A stretch of 64,000 nucleotides of DNA, taken from NCBI GenBank assembly GCA_013239625.1, contig MU053881.1, forward strand, positions 7,339,957 to 7,403,956, given 5' to 3'. The stretch is from Lama guanicoe. Its lineage: Eukaryota. The notes below the pieces were generated by a model that saw nothing but the letters and a program-made list of their open reading frames with translations, searched no databases and was not told where the DNA came from. The position numbers were made by a program, and so were the translations under genes. Numbering within the stretch: the first letter of the stretch is position 1; each line of letters starts with the position of its first letter. Positions 55,501 through 64,000 of this stretch are shown here, one piece after another.

Positions 55501-56718
55501 AAACCCTCTGCTCTTCCTTTGTGTGTCTTTGGGCGAAGTGTTTCTTGCTTATTTCATTTTTCAGAAAAGTTTCAGAATCCAACCAAAAGAGGATGAATTA
55601 AATGCTTGGATTCTGCTCAACTAGATATTAATTAAGGAGGGGGTCAGTCTTTTAGAACAAAAAGGCAACTGTAGGGATTTATTTAAATTTAAAAAATTAT
55701 TATGAATCTTTCCAGGATTTGATAGAAGCAGTTATTAGCCTCATTTTTAAAATGAGAAATAAACTGGACGATTTTTTTTTAATGTATCGGCATTACAGTG
55801 AAGGGTGTAACCCAAACCCCATTTCTGCCATATACTGACTTTATGACCATGGGAGAGTTACTTCACTCGACCAAAGTTTAGATTCCCCTCTGTAAAAATG
55901 GGGAAAACAGCAGTCAAGCATCATATTTCTCACAGTGCCCGGTACACGCAGTTCCTCAGTGAATGCTAGTCATTCTTTGGTCGAGTGCAGCAAAATGTGC
56001 CTGAGCTGCAGGCCCTCGGGCTACAGCAGAAGACCAGATCAGTGCTCACACCCTCACCCTACTGTGCCGTCTGATCACCTACTGTGGCCTAAGAGGAACA
56101 TTTGCCCACGCCAAAACTTCTGCTGAGAGCTGATTGTATCTTCAGCTAAGTATTCGGAAAGGAGAAATTGAAAAGCAAAACTCTCCCACACACTGGTCAC
56201 AACTGCTGACAACCTTAAAGGGAATGTAAGCAAACAAATGTGAACACACATGACAAACATTGTGCAGGACATATGCTGTATAAATATTTATAGCTGTGTG
56301 CTTTGTATTCTTGAATACACTCAGCCGGCCCTCTGGAGACCAATTTGCGAAGAAGGCTTTCCACCAGAATGTCTGGCTGAGCGCTGGGGCGTCGGATTAA
56401 GTGCTGCGAATGTCTGTTTTGAGGACATCCTGAGTCCTCACACCAGCCAGAGGCTCTGTATTGATCCTTTTCCTTGCCATGAATTTTGCCTGAATAAACC
56501 AGCTCAGGTTTCAGTGACAACAACATTTAGCTGCTAAATGCTAACCTATACACTGAGGCCAAGCCAAAAAAAAAAGCAAAAGAAGAGGTCACGAAAGGAA
56601 AGGGACAGACACTGAAAAGCTAACCGTTCTGGTGTAAAGAAATAACACCACCACGTCCTATTACGGGCGACTGTGCCAGGCAAAGCTCTCAAGGTGGAGA
56701 TGACATCACTCAACATCA

Positions 56719-57078
<360 letters not shown>

Positions 57079-58173
57079 CTAATGAAGTTAAAATCAGAAC
57101 TTCCTATTTGGGAAAGCATTTTCACCTCACCCGGGAGGCTGGGGCGGTAGGTTAACTAGGGGATGGAGGAACACTGGGAAGTTAGTTGCAGAAAGGGAGG
57201 CAGGATGGTCACAACTGGCTGGCCATGTTTCTCTGTCCATTAAAGTCATTTAATTTTCATCCTCTAGTGACACCTTCTGGGAAGGCAAAGGAAAGCTCCA
57301 ATTGAATTGATCTTGGTGCATGAATCACAACCACAGACCGTGATCTCCACAGATCTTTTACCGTGAGGAAGCAGACAGAGTGATTTTCTGTGTGTGTCCA
57401 GGTAACACGGGGTCAGGGACGAGGTGTGGAGGGCCTTCAGGAATGGGCGTGACAACTCAAACTCCTACAGGGGAGTGCACAAGGGACTGACGTCTTGGGT
57501 AAAGCAGGCATAAGTAAATTACCACACAGGCCTCCAGTGGACCACCACTGAACTGGGGCCAGCTGGGGTAGGTCAGTGAGACTGGCTGTGGACACACATC
57601 CTAGACTTGAGTTTAAGGCGAAAAGGGAAGTTTCAGAAGAGCGCTATTATCCAACCTCATTTATTTTCTTTTATTACACAGACACTTGGAAAATATGTGT
57701 AGTCGTGGTTACTTCTGGAGACAAAGATTTGAGAGAGCTTTTAACGCTTCACTTTATACCTTTTCGTGCTATTTGAACGTTTTAAAATGAGCACGGACTC
57801 TATTGATAATAAAAAAAATCTTGCCAATTTCTGGGGTGATGATATTCACCCCAGAAAGAGTAAAATTATTCCACATGTAGTAAAGTAGAAAGGATGTCCA
57901 CGATAAATTATTAAGTGATAAAGTGAGCTGCAGAAAACTATGCAAAGTGTATCAAGTAATGGTACATAAAGTATATACAATGTGACTCCATCTGTGGGGT
58001 GGGAAGTGCCCGTGTGTATATTTATGTGTCTGTGTTTATTATGCGAATGCACAGAAGATTTTTGGATGCACAATTGTTTTCAGCAGTTATCTTCAGGGAG
58101 AGAAATAGAGAAAAGCAGTAGAAAAGGAAGGAGTTGACTCTCTTCAGAGAAAATGGATCCACAAGCTAGACTA

Positions 58174-58359
<186 letters not shown>

Positions 58360-58874
58360 CTACTGCTCCAAGGTGTCCTCTCAGCCTCGCCCTCCCACCA
58401 TCTCCCCCTCGTCTCCCTCTGGAGGAGACCACAGAAGCAGAGACAAGCAACTGCAGATGCAGCGAGCCAGCCCCAGCGGAGGACGGAAGGCGGGATGCAG
58501 AGGGGCTCCGGAGTGAGACACCTCTGGTTTGAATCCCACTGGTCACTTCTAGCAGGATCAGCTTCTGTCAAATCATCACACCCCTCTAAGCCCAGCCTTT
58601 GTAAAGTGAGGCTGATACCATCCATCTCACAGGACTGTGGGAAGGATGAAATCACACGAGGAAACATTTTCCAGTGCCTGACACACGGGAGACACTCAGG
58701 ATACACCAATTCCTCTCTTCCTTCAGGCACGAGCACATGCCTCCCTTTTGCTTCCATGTAGAGATGTGGTTTCCACCCCTGTGGATCACATGCCCCCATT
58801 CTTCACAACGGCCTGTCTGGAAGGAAGGGTATGTTTCCCAGGGTTTAGGAATTTATCTGTTTGCCACAGAATCA

Positions 58875-59069
<195 letters not shown>

Positions 59070-59938
59070 TCAGGGGCTCCAGGAAGCTGCCCAGCCCGTC
59101 CATATGCCTTAGGGGAAAAGTGAACCTGCCTATGTCACCCCAGAGAGCACATGTGCCATCAAGAAGCATATCTCTCTTTTTCACAAAGAAACACGGCTCT
59201 GAAATTTGGGGAATGCCAATGCTACAAGTAGAGACCATTTTTTATTCCTAGGAAGACTCTTAAAAAGGAAGGACTCCCAAGCCCTCAAAACGAGTAACTG
59301 CTCAGCAAGGTGGCCACGGCTTTAGCTGCTCATGCTAATCACATGGCCTTAATCAGAGTCACTGACCTCATTATCTGTAACAGAACACCATCCTCCTTAG
59401 ACAAAATGAGAACAGTGTTCTCAGACTGGGGGGCCTGCTTCCTCAAACTTTTTTTAGATCAAGGAAAGGACATTTACCTTCCTCACTACCCTCCTCTCAA
59501 GTCATGGATATTTCTGCCCGCGGGAACCAGGTCTGGATTCCCCGTTTTATGCTCCTGATATACTGCTAGTAACCTGTCATACTTGTAACTGACGCATTGA
59601 TCTTTTCTTGATGACCTGTTTAATTTCCCATCGAAATACAAGCCCCATGAAGACACGGCCGCGTCTATCTTGTTTACCACCTTATCATGCCTAACACAAC
59701 GCCCCGCCCGCTGGCAGCCTTCAATCAAAGTCTGTTGAATAAATAACCTTGAGGAATGAATGGGTGAAAAGCTGGCTGGTTTCGAATGCTTCTGAGACCA
59801 TGACTCTCGTCTCGTTCTCCTCTTGGGAGGTGCTACCTGCCTATCATCAGTTTAGGGAACCAGCCCACCCTGCTCTCAAGCAGCCCTCAGTCAGAAAGGG
59901 TGCGGTGCAGGGGAACGGAAAGAAAGGGGCCATCCTCA

Positions 59939-60037
<99 letters not shown>

Positions 60038-62479
60038 TTAATGGCTTACGCTCTCCTGCTCCCAGGAAGGGATGACAGTGGGCTGAGACTGTAGGGCAGG
60101 AGGCTGGGACAGGAAAGCCTGAAAAGGCCAGCCAGCCAGCATCGGACAGCACGCACACAGCAAAGGCAGCACCGGGAAACGCCACTGGGCGCACTGCACT
60201 GGGACGTCAGCAGCCAGGGGAACATCCAGGCACCCAGGGCTTAGCAGAGGCCAAGAGGAAAGAGTCAGAGCTGTGCCTACGGAATGAAGCAATTAGGCTC
60301 GGATCTGACATACCTGTACTGGAGGTCCACTGTGCCAACAAAACCCAGGTGCAGTGACTTCCTGTGGGATCTGAAAATCTACCCCCCCTCTTTTCATAAC
60401 GTGCTCATATGCACAGACACGTATCTGTGGATCCCTGAACCCTGCATCTCCAGAGGGATCCTGAATCTTATGAAACTTCTTAAATCAGCCACTAAAAGCC
60501 CATAAAACCAAGGTGACGAACTCTTGCACTAGAGCTGGAATTACAGAAATCAGGGGGAGGCACTGAGACCTGCTAGCCAAATAGAGCCAAACCTCTGGTC
60601 ACATGAAATTCCTCAAGCACTCCAGGCCCTGGTCAGGGAACCACTGAAACTGCGTGGGAAATAATCAACTGACTGCAAGCTCAAGAGGGGAGTTAGGGAG
60701 TTGAGAGAAAGAGGAAGAACTGTTATTTGAAGCTGAACAGCTTCTATTCTTTGTGATGAACAGACCTCCCTCGACCACTCTCAGTGAGCATGATTTGGAC
60801 AGGCCAACCTCCCTCTGGCTCCAGCGTTGTTTACGTGGCCTGGAGGACCAGAGAACCACAACCCCTTGCCCAGAACAAGTGCTCTGGGGATGAGCACATG
60901 ACCTATATTTCAGCTCCGGGGGCTTCTGCTAAAATTAATGGGAAAGACGTGCCCTCTTTCCCTGGACTGCTAAACTGGAAGGCTGCAAGCTTGGAAGAGC
61001 TGGCCGTTACTTTGCCAACTAATGAGAACGATTAGTAAGCCTCAGATGGCAAAGCGTTCCCGTCCTTGTATGTCTCATACCTCAGTATCTAATGGTTTAA
61101 TGGCTAACTTTGGTTTGTGTCTCCAAGTTAAGGGCTTGGATGTGGTGTAATTGTCCTTAAAAGAAATAAAATGGTTCTGCTGATAAGAAAAAAAAAATCT
61201 TCAGAATAAGCCAACAAGAGGACACAGATGCTGAGAGGTAGAGAGATGTAAATTCACTTGAGTTCCTGGATCCAGCTATGCCTGAAGCAATCTATCCCTG
61301 ATCCTTTCAGTTATACCAGATTTGCTGTCACCTGAAACCAAAAGAGAGAACCAACTACACTTGGAGACAAAGACACATTTTGCGGTAAGGCTGACGGACC
61401 CTCACTGCCTTAAAAGGGACATTGTGAGGTCAGCAGTGTCACTCATACAGAATCAAAGCATTTAGAGCAGGTCATGGATCAACCAGGTCCAAGTCTCCCA
61501 TTTTACAGATAGTGAAACTAAGGCAGCGGGGAAAATGTTTTTCCAAGATCGCCTAGCTAGCTAGCTAGCAATAACGCCAAGCTGAAACAGCAGTTCGCTC
61601 AGTATAAGCTAACTTCTTCCACTCCACCACTTTGCAAGCACTGCTGGGGACTAGTTGGAGAGCCAGCTGGTTTGTGATGACAGAAGATCAGGGCACCCTG
61701 AAGTGGGAAACCTGAAACACTGGGTTTAGATAGGGCACACAGGCATTGGAAGTGGTACACAACCAAACTGTTACATTTTAAGAAGAAGAAGTAAAATTGG
61801 TATATCAAATTGCTATTTCCACACGTATCCAAATTTTCTTTTAAGAAAAAAAAAGTACTTTAGTTTAAATACAGTGGGTTAATTAAAAGAAAATATATTA
61901 GGCAAATAACAGTGCAAGTGACAGTCAAATATAACAAAAACCACAGAAGTGGGACAGGAATGATGAAGTCTTGGAAAATCCCAAGAGAGCTAAGGCTTGG
62001 AGAAGGATGCAGAGGTGATGCGGCCCTGAAGCGGCCTCGCTCAGTCACACCAACTCTCTGAACGTCTACTTCCATCTGAATTTCGATGTGTGGTGGGTGA
62101 CTCATTCAGTGTAACTGCGTTTCCTGTCGTAGTTTTTTTTTTTTTTTAATGATTTGCTCCTCGTAATTAGATCCCACCCGTTTGTTCCTCGTTTTTCGCC
62201 GTGCTGGGGAGTGAAGGCACCCCCCGCTCAGACTGCGCCGTGGTCCCAACGCTCTGCTCCAGACGCGGGGATTTCATTATTCACTGTCTGCATTATAAAC
62301 CTGGACTTAGTCACCAATCATTTTGACTTAGACACCAGAAATGTAGGAATTAAGGGCTGTCTGGCATAATTTGGGGTTGGCGGGAGGGCAAGGAAGAGAA
62401 AGGGGAAAAAAGTCTTCAGAATTCAGTGGTATCAAACGTGTGCTCCAGTAACAGCTAGTGTTGAGTGGTCTGCCCTTAC

Positions 62480-62615
62480 CTGCCACCCCAAAGGGCCGCC
62501 TCAGACCCTGCGTGCACTTCTTTGTGTTCGTATCCTTAAGATCCATCTTCCCAACTCGGACTATTTGGCAAATCAAGTAAATTTTATCCCTGTTGAGGTC
62601 TTTGTTTCCAAGATC
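62480..62615 (-). CDS. DOCK2: DOCK2 exon ~10 (136 nt) [45 protein letters not shown]
   Basis: tacag|GAT acceptor, G|gtaagg donor, phase 0 to 1; contained in ORF 62328..62648. Confidence 0.96.
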
Positions 62616-63449
62616 CTGTAGGGCAAGAAACCAATAGTTACACATCATGTGTTTAATGGAAAAAAAGTAGAAAAGGAAACACGGTGATAGGAAATTCTGG
62701 GTGTGGGGGTGTGTGTGTGCTTAGCACTTAGTGTACATGGGCCAATCATACAGGCAGTCCTGGGAAAGGTGGAAAACAAAGCTATCGCACCCACTTCACA
62801 CGTAAGGAAGGTGAGTTTTGGAAAGGAAACTGAGTGACAGGACTCTGATGTTCAACCTTGATTCTTCCACCTCAAGCTGATGGGAAGAGAAGGAGGGAGG
62901 GACAGTATCAGTTATACGGGGAGGAGTCCCTGTATGCCAGCTGATGGATCCAGACTACAGGCGACTCCATCCAACTGGTCACTGCTCAGCACCTCTGAGG
63001 GAGAAGGCAAAGGGGAGAGGGGAGAGTCGTAAGAATAATAATTACCATTTACCGAGTACCTAACATACTTATATCACTCAGGGCTGCCTTGCTGTGGCAT
63101 CAAACAACCCCTACATGCCAGAGCTGCTAACACAACAGACGTTTACGTCCAGCTCAGGCTGCAGGTCCAACGCAGATGGTGGGGGCTCCACTCACTCACT
63201 CACTCTGGATGGATGATCTATCTTGTCATAAGAGGTGCATCCACTGTCCCCACGGCTGGGGAAAGGAACAGGGCAAATCACTTACTGGCTCTTAACGCTT
63301 AAACCCAGAAGAGACGCGCATCACTTCTGCTCAATCTCGCTGGCCAAATCAAGGCGCATGGCCACACCTAACTTTAAGGGGGACAGGGGAGAGCACTCGA
63401 TGGTGTGCTCAGGAGGAGGGACGCTGAAACTAGTGAACTACACCGACGT

Positions 63450-63655
63450 CTCAGGCACTGTGCTAAGTGTCTCCCACGTCATCTTCCTTGACAACTCTCT
63501 GGAGTACTGTTATCAATATGACTACTGCAGCCCCATTTTACAAATGGGGAAGCTGAGACACAAGGAAGATAAGGGGCTTCCCCAAGGTCATGACTTTAGT
63601 CCTGGAGACACTGTCCGGTCACTCTGACCCCAAAGTCCATAAACCTAATTGCCAC
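63450..63655 (-). mobile_element. MIR SINE
   Basis: caggcactgtgctaagt...ccccattttacaaatggggaagctgag...cccaaggtca; many further MIR fragments elsewhere are not listed. Confidence 0.75.
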
Positions 63656-64000
63656 AGTACATTTCTTTCACCATCCAAAGGCACACGGGAGGGAAAACCA
63701 CTTGGGCCTCCTCAGCATCTGACTGCCCTGCTCAGATCCAAAAGCTTCAGTGTTCCTGGGAACCCCTTCCAGTTGCAATCAGCTGGAAAAGGAACATCAA
63801 GGCATGTTGGTGGTAACAGAGCCCGACCTCACTAGAGAAGAGTTGCTTCTCTTCTGAGTTAATTCTCATGCTGGCATATGCACTGGGAACAGCCTGACAT
63901 GAGAGCCAGGGCCGGAGTAAAGCAGGCGTCCCCCACCTCTCACTGTGGCTGGTGTGGCAGGAAGAGGCCCGGGGTGTACAGAGCCTCTGGGAACAAGACA

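Overview
Mammalian genomic DNA, probably a cetartiodactyl and possibly a camelid. That guess rests on recalled L1 3'-end sequences and on seeing no Alu, BovB/Bov-tA, PRE-1 or Can-SINE elements. The window lies inside DOCK2 (Rac GEF, dedicator of cytokinesis 2) on the minus strand. Sixteen consecutive GT-AG coding exons between 62615 and 11718 join in one open frame of 1711 nt. They correspond to human exons ~10-25 (about aa 282-852, including the DHR-1/C2 domain); exon numbers and the human protein are recalled, not aligned. The rest is intron, with MIR, L2, L1, MLT and MER relics and microsatellites. Nearly all ORFs in the supplied track are spurious. I found no prokaryotic-type system, CRISPR array, RNA gene or convincing new gene. 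The notable observations are modest: atypical splice signals, two short L1 insertions with target-site duplications, a duplication-built nuclear-receptor element, and several candidate regulatory elements. Repeat family names and boundaries are by eye and approximate.
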